Positions 10,451-24,561 of a stretch of DNA of 64,000 nt are shown here, one piece after another. Below the pieces are notes generated by a model. That model had not been told where the DNA came from. It saw nothing but the letters and a program-made list of their open reading frames with translations, and ran no database searches. The DNA comes from Auanema rhodensis (Eukaryota; Animalia; Nematoda), in contig OZ059900.1 of NCBI GenBank assembly GCA_964057225.1, forward strand, positions 22,010,001-22,074,000. Reading direction: 5' to 3'. The number at the start of each line of letters is the position of its first letter. The stretch's first letter is position 1. The position numbers and the translations under genes are program-made.

Positions 10451-13400
10451 TGAAATACTGTGACGCTGAAATTCGTTGCATTTGACGACTCATATGAACA
10501 AAAATCGATTTAATCAATATTAGCCATAAGGGGCGTGCCCTCAGAATATGCTAATTTCCTTAATTTTCTAACCCCTGTTTTTTTGTCGTGAAAGTGGAAC
10601 TAGACGTTGTACGAACAATTTTGAGCTAGGTTTCATTGACATTGCATGAGTTTGAACACATGAAATCGTAAGTCAAAGCCTTGTTTACAGCGAAATTTCC
10701 AAAAACTGGTTTTCCAGCATAATAAAATATTTCTCATGGGAAATACTGTGTTTTTGTATTTTTCTAGTGTTCAGCATGTAAAATCCTTCATTTTAGTATG
10801 TAACACGCTGAAATTCGTTGCATTTGACAACTCATATGAACAAAAATCGATTTAATCAATATTAGCCATAATAAAATATTTCTCATGGGAAATACTGTGT
10901 TTTTGTATTTTTCTAGTGTTCAGCATGTAAAATGATTCATTTTAGTATGTAACACGCTGAAATTCGTTGCATTTGACGACTCATATGAACAAAAATCGAT
11001 TTAATCAATATTAGCCATAAGGGGCGTGCCCTCAGAATATGCTAATTTCCTTAATTTTCTAACCCCTGTTTTTTTGTCGTGAAAGTGGAACTAGACGTTG
11101 TACGAACAATTTTGAGCTAGGTTTCATTGACATTGCATGAGTTTGAACACATGAAATCGTAAGTCAAAGCCTTGTTTACAGCGAAATTTCCAAAAACTGG
11201 TTTTCCAGCATAATAAAATATTTCTCATGGGAAATACTGTGTTTTTGTATTTTTCTAGTGTTCAGCATGTAAAATCCTTCATTTTAGTATGTAACACGCT
11301 GAAATTCGTTGCATTTGACAACTCATATGAACAAAAATCGATTTAATCAATATTAGCCATAATAAAATATTTCTCATGGGAAATACTGTGTTTTTGTATT
11401 TTTCTAGTGTTCAGCATGTAAAATGATTCATTTTAGTATGTAACACGCTGAAATTCGTTGCATTTGACGACTCATATGAACAAAAATCGATTTAATCAAT
11501 ATTAGCCATAAGGGGCGTGCCCTCAGAATATGCTAATTTCCTTAATTTTCTAACCCCTGTTTTTTTGTCGTGAAAGTGGAACTAGACGTTGTACGAACAA
11601 TTTTGAGCTAGGTTTCATTGACATTGCATGAGTTTGAACACATGAAATCGTAAGTCAAAACCTTGTTTACAGCGAAATTTCCAAAAACTGGTTTTCCAGC
11701 ATAATAAAATATTTCTCATGGGAAATACTGTGTTTTTGTATTTTTCTAGTGTTCAGCATGTAAAATGCTTCATTTTAGTATGTAACACGCTAAAGTTCGT
11801 TGCATTTGACGACTCATATGAACAAAAATCGATTTAATCAATATTAGCCATAAGGGGCGTGCCCTCAGAATATGCTAATTTCCTTAACTTTCTAACCCCT
11901 GTTTTTTGTCGTGAAAGTGGAACTAGACGTTGTACGAACAATTTTGAGCTAAGTTTCATTGACATTGCATGAGTTTGAACACATGAAATCGTAAGTCAAA
12001 ACCTTGTTTACAGCGAAATTTCCAAAAACTGGTTTTCCAGCATAATAAAATATTTCTCATGGGAAATACTGTGTTTTTGTATTTTTCTAGTGTTCAGCAT
12101 GTAAAATGCTTCATTTTAGTATGTAACACGCTGAAATTCGTTGCATTTGACGACTCATATGAACAAAAATCGATTTAATCAATATTAGCCATAAGGGGCG
12201 TGCCCTCAGAATATGCTAATTTCCTTAATTTTCTAACCCCTGTTTTTTTGTCGTGAAAGTGGAACTAGACGTTGTACGAACAATTTTGAGCTAAGTTTCA
12301 TTGACATTGCATGAGTTTGAACACATGAAATCGTAAGTCAAAACCTTGTTTACAGCGAAATTTCCAAAAACTGGTTTTCCAGCATAATAAAATATTTCTC
12401 ATGGGAAATACTGTGTTTTTGTTTTTTTCTAGTGTTCAGCATGTAAAATGCTTCATTTTAGTATGTAACACGCTGAAATTCGTTGCATTTGACGACTCAT
12501 ATGAACAAAAATCGATTTAATCAATATTAGCCATAAGGGGCGTGCCCTCAGAATATACTAATTTCCTTAATTTTCTAACCCCTGTTTTTTTGTCGTGAAA
12601 GTGGAACTAGACGTTGTACGAACAATTTTGAGCTAGGTTTCATTGACATTGCATGAGTTTGAACACATGAAATCGTAAGTCAAAGCCTTGTTTACAGCGA
12701 AATTTCCAAAAACTGGTTTTCCAGCATAATAAAATATTTCTCATGGGAAATACTGTGTTTTTGTATTTTTCTAGTGTTCAGCATGTAAAATCCTTCATTT
12801 TAGTATGTAACACGCTGAAATTCGTTGCATTTGACAACTCATATGAACAAAAATCGATTTAATCAATATTAGCCATAATAAAATATTTCTCATGGGAAAT
12901 ACTGTGTTTTTGTATTTTTCTAGTGTTCAGCATGTAAAATGATTCATTTTAGTATGTAACACGCTGAAATTCGTTGCATTTGACGACTCATATGAACAAA
13001 AATCGATTTAATCAATATTAGCCATAAGGGGCGTGCCCTCAGAATATGCTAATTTCCTTAATTTTCTAACCCCTGTTTTTTTGTCGTGAAAGTGGAACTA
13101 GACGTTGTACGAACAATTTTGAGCTAGGTTTCATTGACATTGCATGAGTTTGAACACATGAAATCGTAAGTCAAAACCTTGTTTACAGCGAAATTTCCAA
13201 AAACTGGTTTTCCAGCATAATAAAATATTTCTCATGGGAAATACTGTGTTTTTGTATTTTTCTAGTGTTCAGCATGTAAAATGCTTCATTTTAGTATGTA
13301 ACACGCTGAAGTTCGTTGCATTTGACGACTCATATGAACAAAAATCGATTTAATCAATATTAGCCATAAGGGGCGTGCCCTCAGAATATGCTAATTTCCT

Positions 13401-13531
13401 TAACTTTCTAACCCCTGTTTTTTGTCGTGAAAGTGGAACTAGACGTTGTACGAACAATTTTGAGCTAAGTTTCATTGACATTGCATGAGTTTGAACACAT
13501 GAAATCGTAAGTCAAAACCTTGTTTACAGCG

Positions 13532-13776
13532 ATTTCAGCGTGTTACATACTAAAATGAAGCATTTCACATGCTGAACACTAGAAAAATACAAAAACACAG
13601 TATTTCCCATGAGAAATATTTTATTATGCTGGAAAACCAGTTTTTGGAAATTTCGCTGTAAACAAGGTTTTGACTTACGATTTCATGTGTTCAAACTCAT
13701 GCAATGTCAATGAAACTTAGCTCAAAATTGTTCGTACAACGTCTAGTTCCACTTTCACGACAAAAAAACAGGGGTT
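13532..13776 (-). repeat. 245-bp inverted satellite segment, copy 3 (subtype B)
   Basis: Same junctions; GCATTTCACATG variant. Confidence 0.97.
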
Positions 13777-16024
13777 TGAAATACTGTGACGCTGAAATTC
13801 GTTGCATTTGACGACTCATATGAACAAAAATCGATTTAATCAATATTAGCCATAAGGGGCGTGCCCTCAGAATATGCTAATTTCCTTAATTTTCTAACCC
13901 CTGTTTTTTTGTCGTGAAAGTGGAACTAGACGTTGTACGAACAATTTTGAGCTAGGTTTCATTGACATTGCATGAGTTTGAACACATGAAATCGTAAGTC
14001 AAAGCCTTGTTTACAGCGAAATTTCCAAAAACTGGTTTTCCAGCATAATAAAATATTTCTCATGGGAAATACTGTGTTTTTGTATTTTTCTAGTGTTCAG
14101 CATGTAAAATCCTTCATTTTAGTATGTAACACGCTGAAATTCGTTGCATTTGACAACTCATATGAACAAAAATCGATTTAATCAATATTAGCCATAATAA
14201 AATATTTCTCATGGGAAATACTGTGTTTTTGTATTTTTCTAGTGTTCAGCATGTAAAATGATTCATTTTAGTATGTAACACGCTGAAATTCGTTGCATTT
14301 GACGACTCATATGAACAAAAATCGATTTAATCAATATTAGCCATAAGGGGCGTGCCCTCAGAATATGCTAATTTCCTTAATTTTCTAACCCCTGTTTTTT
14401 TGTCGTGAAAGTGGAACTAGACGTTGTACGAACAATTTTGAGCTAGGTTTCATTGACATTGCATGAGTTTGAACACATGAAATCGTAAGTCAAAACCTTG
14501 TTTACAGCGAAATTTCCAAAAACTGGTTTTCCAGCATAATAAAATATTTCTCATGGGAAATACTGTGTTTTTGTATTTTTCTAGTGTTCAGCATGTAAAA
14601 TGCTTCATTTTAGTATGTAACACGCTAAAGTTCGTTGCATTTGACGACTCATATGAACAAAAATCGATTTAATCAATATTAGCCATAAGGGGCGTGCCCT
14701 CAGAATATGCTAATTTCCTTAACTTTCTAACCCCTGTTTTTTGTCGTGAAAGTGGAACTAGACGTTGTACGAACAATTTTGAGCTAAGTTTCATTGACAT
14801 TGCATGAGTTTGAACACATGAAATCGTAAGTCAAAACCTTGTTTACAGCGAAATTTCCAAAAACTGGTTTTCCAGCATAATAAAATATTTCTCATGGGAA
14901 ATACTGTGTTTTTGTATTTTTCTAGTGTTCAGCATGTGAAATGCTTCATTTTAGTATGTAACACGCTGAAATTCGTTGCATTTGACGACTCATATGAACA
15001 AAAATCGATTTAATCAATATTAGCCATAAGGGGCGTGCCCTCAGAATATGCTAATTTCCTTAATTTTCTAACCCCTGTTTTTTTGTCGTGAAAGTGGAAC
15101 TAGACGTTGTACGAACAATTTTGAGCTAAGTTTCATTGACATTGCATGAGTTTGAACACATGAAATCGTAAGTCAAAACCTTGTTTACAGCGAAATTTCC
15201 AAAAACTGGTTTTCCAGCATAATAAAATATTTCTCATGGGAAATACTGTGTTTTTGTTTTTTTCTAGTGTTCAGCATGTAAAATGCTTCATTTTAGTATG
15301 TAACACGCTGAAATTCGTTGCATTTGACGACTCATATGAACAAAAATCGATTTAATCAATATTAGCCATAAGGGGCGTGCCCTCAGAATATACTAATTTC
15401 CTTAATTTTCTAACCCCTGTTTTTTTGTCGTGAAAGTGGAACTAGACGTTGTACGAACAATTTTGAGCTAGGTTTCATTGACATTGCATGAGTTTGAACA
15501 CATGAAATCGTAAGTCAAAGCCTTGTTTACAGCGAAATTTCCAAAAACTGGTTTTCCAGCATAATAAAATATTTCTCATGGGAAATACTGTGTTTTTGTA
15601 TTTTTCTAGTGTTCAGCATGTAAAATCCTTCATTTTAGTATGTAACACGCTGAAATTCGTTGCATTTGACAACTCATATGAACAAAAATCGATTTAATCA
15701 ATATTAGCCATAATAAAATATTTCTCATGGGAAATACTGTGTTTTTGTATTTTTCTAGTGTTCAGCATGTAAAATGCTTCATTTTAGTATGTAACACGCT
15801 GAAGTTCGTTGCATTTGACGACTCATATGAACAAAAATCGATTTAATCAATATTAGCCATAAGGGGCGTGCCCTCAGAATATGCTAATTTCCTTAACTTT
15901 CTAACCCCTGTTTTTTGTCGTGAAAGTGGAACTAGACGTTGTACGAACAATTTTGAGCTAAGTTTCATTGACATTGCATGAGTTTGAACACATGAAATCG
16001 TAAGTCAAAACCTTGTTTACAGCG

Positions 16025-16269
16025 ATTTCAGCGTGTTACATACTAAAATGAAGCATTTCACATGCTGAACACTAGAAAAATACAAAAACACAGTATTTCC
16101 CATGAGAAATATTTTATTATGCTGGAAAACCAGTTTTTGGAAATTTCGCTGTAAACAAGGTTTTGACTTACGATTTCATGTGTTCAAACTCATGCAATGT
16201 CAATGAAACTTAGCTCAAAATTGTTCGTACAACGTCTAGTTCCACTTTCACGACAAAAAAACAGGGGTT
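16025..16269 (-). repeat. 245-bp inverted satellite segment, copy 4 (subtype B)
   Basis: Same junctions; GCATTTCACATG variant. Confidence 0.97.
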
Positions 16270-19200
16270 TGAAATACTGTGACGCTGAAATTCGTTGCAT
16301 TTGACGACTCATATGAACAAAAATCGATTTAATCAATATTAGCCATAAGGGGCGTGCCCTCAGAATATGCTAATTTCCTTAATTTTCTAACCCCTGTTTT
16401 TTTGTCGTGAAAGTGGAACTAGACGTTGTACGAACAATTTTGAGCTAGGTTTCATTGACATTGCATGAGTTTGAACACATGAAATCGTAAGTCAAAGCCT
16501 TGTTTACAGCGAAATTTCCAAAAACTGGTTTTCCAGCATAATAAAATATTTCTCATGGGAAATACTGTGTTTTTGTATTTTTCTAGTGTTCAGCATGTAA
16601 AATCCTTCATTTTAGTATGTAACACGCTGAAATTCGTTGCATTTGACAACTCATATGAACAAAAATCGATTTAATCAATATTAGCCATAATAAAATATTT
16701 CTCATGGGAAATACTGTGTTTTTGTATTTTTCTAGTGTTCAGCATGTAAAATGATTCATTTTAGTATGTAACACGCTGAAATTCGTTGCATTTGACGACT
16801 CATATGAACAAAAATCGATTTAATCAATATTAGCCATAAGGGGCGTGCCCTCAGAATATGCTAATTTCCTTAATTTTCTAACCCCTGTTTTTTTGTCGTG
16901 AAAGTGGAACTAGACGTTGTACGAACAATTTTGAGCTAAGTTTCATTGACATTGCATGAGTTTGAACACATGAAATCGTAAGTCAAAACCTTGTTTACAG
17001 CGAAATTTCCAAAAACTGGTTTTCCAGCATAATAAAATATTTCTCATGGGAAATACTGTGTTTTTGTATTTTTCTAGTGTTCAGCATGTAAAATGCTTCA
17101 TTTTAGTATGTAACACGCTGAAATTCGTTGCATTTGACGACTCATATGAACAAAAATCGATTTAATCAATATTAGCCATAAGGGGCGTGCCCTCAGAATA
17201 TGCTAATTTCCTTAATTTTCTAACCCCTGTTTTTTTGTCGTGAAAGTGGAACTAGACGTTGTACGAACAATTTTGAGCTAAGTTTCATTGACATTGCATG
17301 AGTTTGAACACATGAAATCGTAAGTCAAAACCTTGTTTACAGCGAAATTTCCAAAAACTGGTTTTCCAGCATAATAAAATATTTCTCATGGGAAATACTG
17401 TGTTTTTGTTTTTTTCTAGTGTTCAGCATGTAAAATGCTTCATTTTAGTATGTAACACGCTGAAATTCGTTGCATTTGACGACTCATATGAACAAAAATC
17501 GATTTAATCAATATTAGCCATAAGGGGCGTGCCCTCAGAATATACTAATTTCCTTAATTTTCTAACCCCTGTTTTTTTGTCGTGAAAGTGGAACTAGACG
17601 TTGTACGAACAATTTTGAGCTAGGTTTCATTGACATTGCATGAGTTTGAACACATGAAATCGTAAGTCAAAACCTTGTTTACAGCGAAATTTCCAAAAAC
17701 TGGTTTTCCAGCATAATAAAATATTTCTCATGGGAAATACTGTGTTTTTGTATTTTTCTAGTGTTCAGCATGTAAAATGCTTCATTTTAGTATGTAACAC
17801 GCTGAAATTCGTTGCATTTGACGACTCATATGAACAAAAATCGATTTAATCAATATTAGCCATAAGGGGCGTGCCCTCAGAATATGCTAATTTCCTTAAT
17901 TTTCTAACCCCTGTTTTTTTGTCGTGAAAGTGGAACTAGACGTTGTACGAACAATTTTGAGCTAAGTTTCATTGACATTGCATGAGTTTGAACACATGAA
18001 ATCGTAAGTCAAAACCTTGTTTACAGCGAAATTTCCAAAAACTGGTTTTCCAGCATAATAAAATATTTCTCATGGGAAATACTGTGTTTTTGTATTTTTC
18101 TAGTGTTCAGCATGTAAAATGCTTCATTTTAGTATGTAACACGCTGAAATTCGTTGCATTTGACAACTCATATGAACAAAAATCGATTTAATCAATATTA
18201 GCCATAATAAAATATTTCTCATGGGAAATACTGTGTTTTTGTATTTTTCTAGTGTTCAGCATGTAAAATGCTTCATTTTAGTATGTAACACGCTGAAATT
18301 TGTTGCATTTGACGACTCATATGAACAAAAATCGATTTAATCAATATTAGCCATAAGGGGCGTGCCCTCAGAATATACTAATTTCCTTAATTTTCTAACC
18401 CCTGTTTTTTTGTCGTGAAAGTGGAACTAGACGTTGTACGAACAATTTTGAGCTAGGTTTCATTGACATTGCATGAGTTTGAACACATGAAATCGTAAGT
18501 CAAAACCTTGTTTACAGCGAAATTTCCAAAAACTGGTTTTCCAGCATAATAAAATATTTCTCATGGGAAATACTGTGTTTTTGTATTTTTCTAGTGTTCA
18601 GCATGTAAAATGCTTCATTTTAGTATGTAACACGCTGAAATTCGTTGCATTTGACGACTCATATGAACAAAAATCGATTTAATCATTATTAGCCATAAGG
18701 GGCGTGCCCTCAGAATATGCTAATTTCCTTAATTTTCTAACCCCTGTTTTTTTGTCGTGAAAGTGGAACTAGACGTTGTACGAACAATTTTGAGTTAGGT
18801 TTCATTGACATTGCATGAGTTTGAACACATGAAATCGTAAGTCAAAACCTTGTTTACAGCGAAATTTCCAAAAACTGGTTTTCCAGCATAATAAAATATT
18901 TCTCATGGGAAATACTGTGTTTTTGTATTTTTCTAGTGTTCAGCATGTAAAATGCTTCATTTTAGTATGTAACACGCTGAAATTCGTTGCATTTGACGAC
19001 TCATATGAACAAAAATCGATTTAATCAATATTAGCCATAAGGGGCGTGCCCTCAGAATATGCTAATTTCCTTAATTTTCTAACCCCTGTTTTTTTGTCGT
19101 GAAAGTGGAACTAGACGTTGTACGAACAATTTTGAGCTAGGTTTCATTGACATTGCATGAGTTTGAACACATGAAATCGTAAGTCAAAACCTTGTTTACA

Positions 19201-22200
19201 GCGAAATTTCCAAAAACTGGTTTTCCAGCATAATAAAATATTTCTCATGGGAAATACTGTGTTTTTGTATTTTTCTAGTGTTCAGCATGTAAAATGCTTC
19301 ATTTTAGTATGTAACACGCTGAAATTCGTTGCATTTGACGACTCATATGAACAAAAATCGATTTAATCAATATTAGCCATAAGGGGCGTGCCCTCAGAAT
19401 ATACTAATTTCCTTAATTTTCTAACCCCTGTTTTTTTGTCGTGAAAGTGGAACTAGACGTTGTACGAACAATTTTGAGCTAGGTTTCATTGACATTGCAT
19501 GAGTTTGAACACATGCAATCGTAAGTCAAAACCTTGTTTACAGCGAAATTTCCAAAAACTGGTTTTCCAGCATAATAAAATATTTCTCATGGGAAATACT
19601 GTGTTTTTGTATTTTTCTAGTGTTCAGCATGTAAAATGCTTCATTTTAGTATGTAACACGCTGAAATTCGTTGCATTTGACGACTCATATGAACAAAAAT
19701 CGATTTAATCAATATTAGCCATAAGGGGCGTGCCCTCAGAATATGCTAATTTCCTTAATTTTCTAACCCCTGTTTTTTTGTCGTGAAAGTGGAACTAGAC
19801 GTTGTACGAACAATTTTGAGCTAAGTTTCATTGACATTGCATGAGTTTGAACACATGAAATCGTATGTCAAAACCTTGTTTACAGCGAAATTTCCAAAAA
19901 CTGGTTTTCCAGCATAATAAAATATTTCTCATGGGAAATACTGTGTTTTTGTTTTTTTCTAGTGTTCAGCATGTAAAATGCTTCATTTTAGTATGTAACA
20001 CGCTGAAATTCGTTGCATTTGACGACTCATATGAACAAAAATCGATTTAATCAATATTAGCCATAAGGGGCGTGCCCTCAGAATATACTAATTTCCTTAA
20101 TTTTCTAACCCCTGTTTTTTTGTCGTGAAAGTGGAACTAGACGTTGTACGAACAATTTTGAGCTAGGTTTCATTGACATTGCATGAGTTTGAACACATGA
20201 AATCGTAAGTCAAAACCTTGTTTACAGCGAAATTTCCAAAAACTGGTTTTCCAGCATAATAAAATATTTCTCATGGGAAATACTGTGTTTTTGTATTTTT
20301 CTAGTGTTCAGCATGTAAAATGCTTCATTTTAGTATGTAACACGCTGAAATTCGTTGCATTTGACGACTCATATGAACAAAAATCGATTTAATCAATATT
20401 AGCCATAAGGGGCGTGCCCTCAGAATATACTAATTTCCTTAATTTTCTAACCCCTGTTTTTTTGTCGTGAAAGTGGAACTAGACGTTGTACGAACAATTT
20501 TGAGCTAGGTTTCATTGACATTGCATGAGTTTGAACACATGAAATCGTAAGTCAAAACCTTGTTTACAGCGAAATTTCCAAAAACTGGTTTTCCAGCATA
20601 ATAAAATATTTCTCATGGGAAATACTGTGTTTTTGTATTTTTCTAGTGTTCAGCATGTAAAATGCTTCATTTTAGTATGTAACACGCTGAAATTCGTTGC
20701 ATTTGACGACTCATATGAACAAAAATCGATTTAATCAATATTAGCCATAAGGGGCGTGCCCTCAGAATATGCTAATTTCCTTAATTTTCTAACCCCTGTT
20801 TTTTTGTCGTGAAAGTGGAACTAGACGTTGTACGAACAATTTTGAGCTAAGTTTCATTGACATTGCATGAGTTTGAACACATGAAATCGTAAGTCAAAAC
20901 CTTGTTTACAGCGAAATTTCCAAAAACTGGTTTTCCAGCATAATAAAATATTTCTCATGGGAAATACTGTGTTTTTGTTTTTTTCTAGTGTTCAGCATGT
21001 AAAATGCTTCATTTTAGTATGTAACACGCTGAAATTCGTTGCATTTGACGACTCATATGAACAAAAATCGATTTAATCAATATTAGCCATAAGGGGCGTG
21101 CCCTCAGAATATACTAATTTCCTTAATTTTCTAACCCCTGTTTTTTTGTCGTGAAAGTGGAACTAGACGTTGTACGAACAATTTTGAGCTAGGTTTCATT
21201 GACATTGCATGAGTTTGAACACATGAAATCGTAAGTCAAAGCCTTGTTTACAGCGAAATTTCCAAAAACTGGTTTTCCAGCATAATAAAATATTTCTCAT
21301 GGGAAATACTGTGTTTTTGTATTTTTCTAGTGTTCAGCATGTAAAATCCTTCATTTTAGTATGTAACACGCTGAAATTCGTTGCATTTGACAACTCATAT
21401 GAACAAAAATCGATTTAATCAATATTAGCCATAATAAAATATTTCTCATGGGAAATACTGTGTTTTTGTATTTTTCTAGTGTTCAGCATGTAAAATGCTT
21501 CATTTTAGTATGTAACACGCTGAAATTCGTTGCATTTGACGACTCATATGAACAAAAATCGATTTAATCAATATTAGCCATAAGGGGCGTGCCCTCAGAA
21601 TATACTAATTTCCTTAATTTTCTAACCCCTGTTTTTTTGTCGTGAAAGTGGAACTAGACGTTGTACGAACAATTTTGAGCTAGGTTTCATTGACATTGCA
21701 TGAGTTTGAACACATGAAATCGTAAGTCAAAACCTTGTTTACAGCGAAATTTCCAAAAACTGGTTTTCCAGCATAATAAAATATTTCTCATGGGAAATAC
21801 TGTGTTTTTGTATTTTTCTAGTGTTCAGCATGTAAAATGCTTCATTTTAGTATGTAACACGCTGAAATTCGTTGCATTTGACGACTCATATGAACAAAAA
21901 TCGATTTAATCAATATTAGCCATAAGGGGCGTGCCCTCAGAATATACTAATTTCCTTAATTTTCTAACCCCTGTTTTTTTGTCGTGAAAGTGGAACTAGA
22001 CGTTGTACGAACAATTTTGAGCTAGGTTTCATTGACATTGCATGAGTTTGAACACATGAAATCGTAAGTCAAAACCTTGTTTACAGCGAAATTTCCAAAA
22101 ACTGGTTTTCCAGCATAATAAAATATTTCTCATGGGAAATACTGTGTTTTTGTATTTTTCTAGTGTTCAGCATGTAAAATGCTTCATTTTAGTATGTAAC

Positions 22201-23604
22201 ACGCTGAAATTCGTTGCATTTGACGACTCATATGAACAAAAATCGATTTAATCAATATTAGCCATAAGGGGCGTGCCCTCAGAATATGCTAATTTCCTTA
22301 ATTTTCTAACCCCTGTTTTTTTGTCGTGAAAGTGGAACTAGACGTTGTACGAACAATTTTGAGCTAAGTTTCATTGACATTGCATGAGTTTGAACACATG
22401 AAATCGTAAGTCAAAACCTTGTTTACAGCGAAATTTCCAAAAACTGGTTTTCCAGCATAATAAAATATTTCTCATGGGAAATACTGTGTTTTTGTTTTTT
22501 TCTAGTGTTCAGCATGTAAAATGCTTCATTTTAGTATGTAACACGCTGAAATTCGTTGCATTTGACGACTCATATGAACAAAAATCGATTTAATCAATAT
22601 TAGCCATAAGGGGCGTGCCCTCAGAATATACTAATTTCCTTAATTTTCTAACCCCTGTTTTTTTGTCGTGAAAGTGGAACTAGACGTTGTACGAACAATT
22701 TTGAGCTAGGTTTCATTGACATTGCATGAGTTTGAACACATGAAATCGTAAGTCAAAGCCTTGTTTACAGCGAAATTTCCAAAAACTGGTTTTCCAGCAT
22801 AATAAAATATTTCTCATGGGAAATACTGTGTTTTTGTATTTTTCTAGTGTTCAGCATGTAAAATCCTTCATTTTAGTATGTAACACGCTGAAATTCGTTG
22901 CATTTGACAACTCATATGAACAAAAATCGATTTAATCAATATTAGCCATAATAAAATATTTCTCATGGGAAATACTGTGTTTTTGTATTTTTCTAGTGTT
23001 CAGCATGTAAAATGATTCATTTTAGTATGTAACACGCTGAAATTCGTTGCATTTGACGACTCATATGAACAAAAATCGATTTAATCAATATTAGCCATAA
23101 GGGGCGTGCCCTCAGAATATGCTAATTTCCTTAATTTTCTAACCCCTGTTTTTTTGTCGTGAAAGTGGAACTAGACGTTGTACGAACAATTTTGAGCTAG
23201 GTTTCATTGACATTGCATGAGTTTGAACACATGAAATCGTAAGTCAAAACCTTGTTTACAGCGAAATTTCCAAAAACTGGTTTTCCAGCATAATAAAATA
23301 TTTCTCATGGGAAATACTGTGTTTTTGTATTTTTCTAGTGTTCAGCATGTAAAATGCTTCATTTTAGTATGTAACACGCTGAAGTTCGTTGCATTTGACG
23401 ACTCATATGAACAAAAATCGATTTAATCAATATTAGCCATAAGGGGCGTGCCCTCAGAATATGCTAATTTCCTTAACTTTCTAACCCCTGTTTTTTGTCG
23501 TGAAAGTGGAACTAGACGTTGTACGAACAATTTTGAGCTAAGTTTCATTGACATTGCATGAGTTTGAACACATGAAATCGTAAGTCAAAACCTTGTTTAC
23601 AGCG

Positions 23605-23849
23605 ATTTCAGCGTGTTACATACTAAAATGAAGCATTTCACATGCTGAACACTAGAAAAATACAAAAACACAGTATTTCCCATGAGAAATATTTTATTAT
23701 GCTGGAAAACCAGTTTTTGGAAATTTCGCTGTAAACAAGGTTTTGACTTACGATTTCATGTGGTCAAACTCATGCAATGTCAATGAAACTTAGCTCAAAA
23801 TTGTTCGTACAACGTCTAGTTCCACTTTCACGACAAAAAAACAGGGGTT
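23605..23849 (-). repeat. 245-bp inverted satellite segment, copy 5 (subtype B)
   Basis: Same junctions; GCATTTCACATG variant; private TGGTCAAAC SNP at 23763. Confidence 0.97.
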
Positions 23850-24561
23850 TGAAATACTGTGACGCTGAAATTCGTTGCATTTGACGACTCATATGAACAA
23901 AAATCGATTTAATCAATATTAGCCATAAGGGGCGTGCCCTCAGAATATGCTAATTTCCTTAATTTTCTAACCCCTGTTTTTTTGTCGTGAAAGTGGAACT
24001 AGACGTTGTACGAACAATTTTGAGCTAGGTTTCATTGACATTGCATGAGTTTGAACACATGAAATCGTAAGTCAAAGCCTTGTTTACAGCGAAATTTCCA
24101 AAAACTGGTTTTCCAGCATAATAAAATATTTCTCATGGGAAATACTGTGTTTTTGTATTTTTCTAGTGTTCAGCATGTAAAATCCTTCATTTTAGTATGT
24201 AACACGCTGAAATTCGTTGCATTTGACAACTCATATGAACAAAAATCGATTTAATCAATATTAGCCATAATAAAATATTTCTCATGGGAAATACTGTGTT
24301 TTTGTATTTTTCTAGTGTTCAGCATGTAAAATGATTCATTTTAGTATGTAACACGCTGAAATTCGTTGCATTTGACGACTCATATGAACAAAAATCGATT
24401 TAATCAATATTAGCCATAAGGGGCGTGCCCTCAGAATATGCTAATTTCCTTAATTTTCTAACCCCTGTTTTTTTGTCGTGAAAGTGGAACTAGACGTTGT
24501 ACGAACAATTTTGAGCTAAGTTTCATTGACATTGCATGAGTTTGAACACATGAAATCGTAA

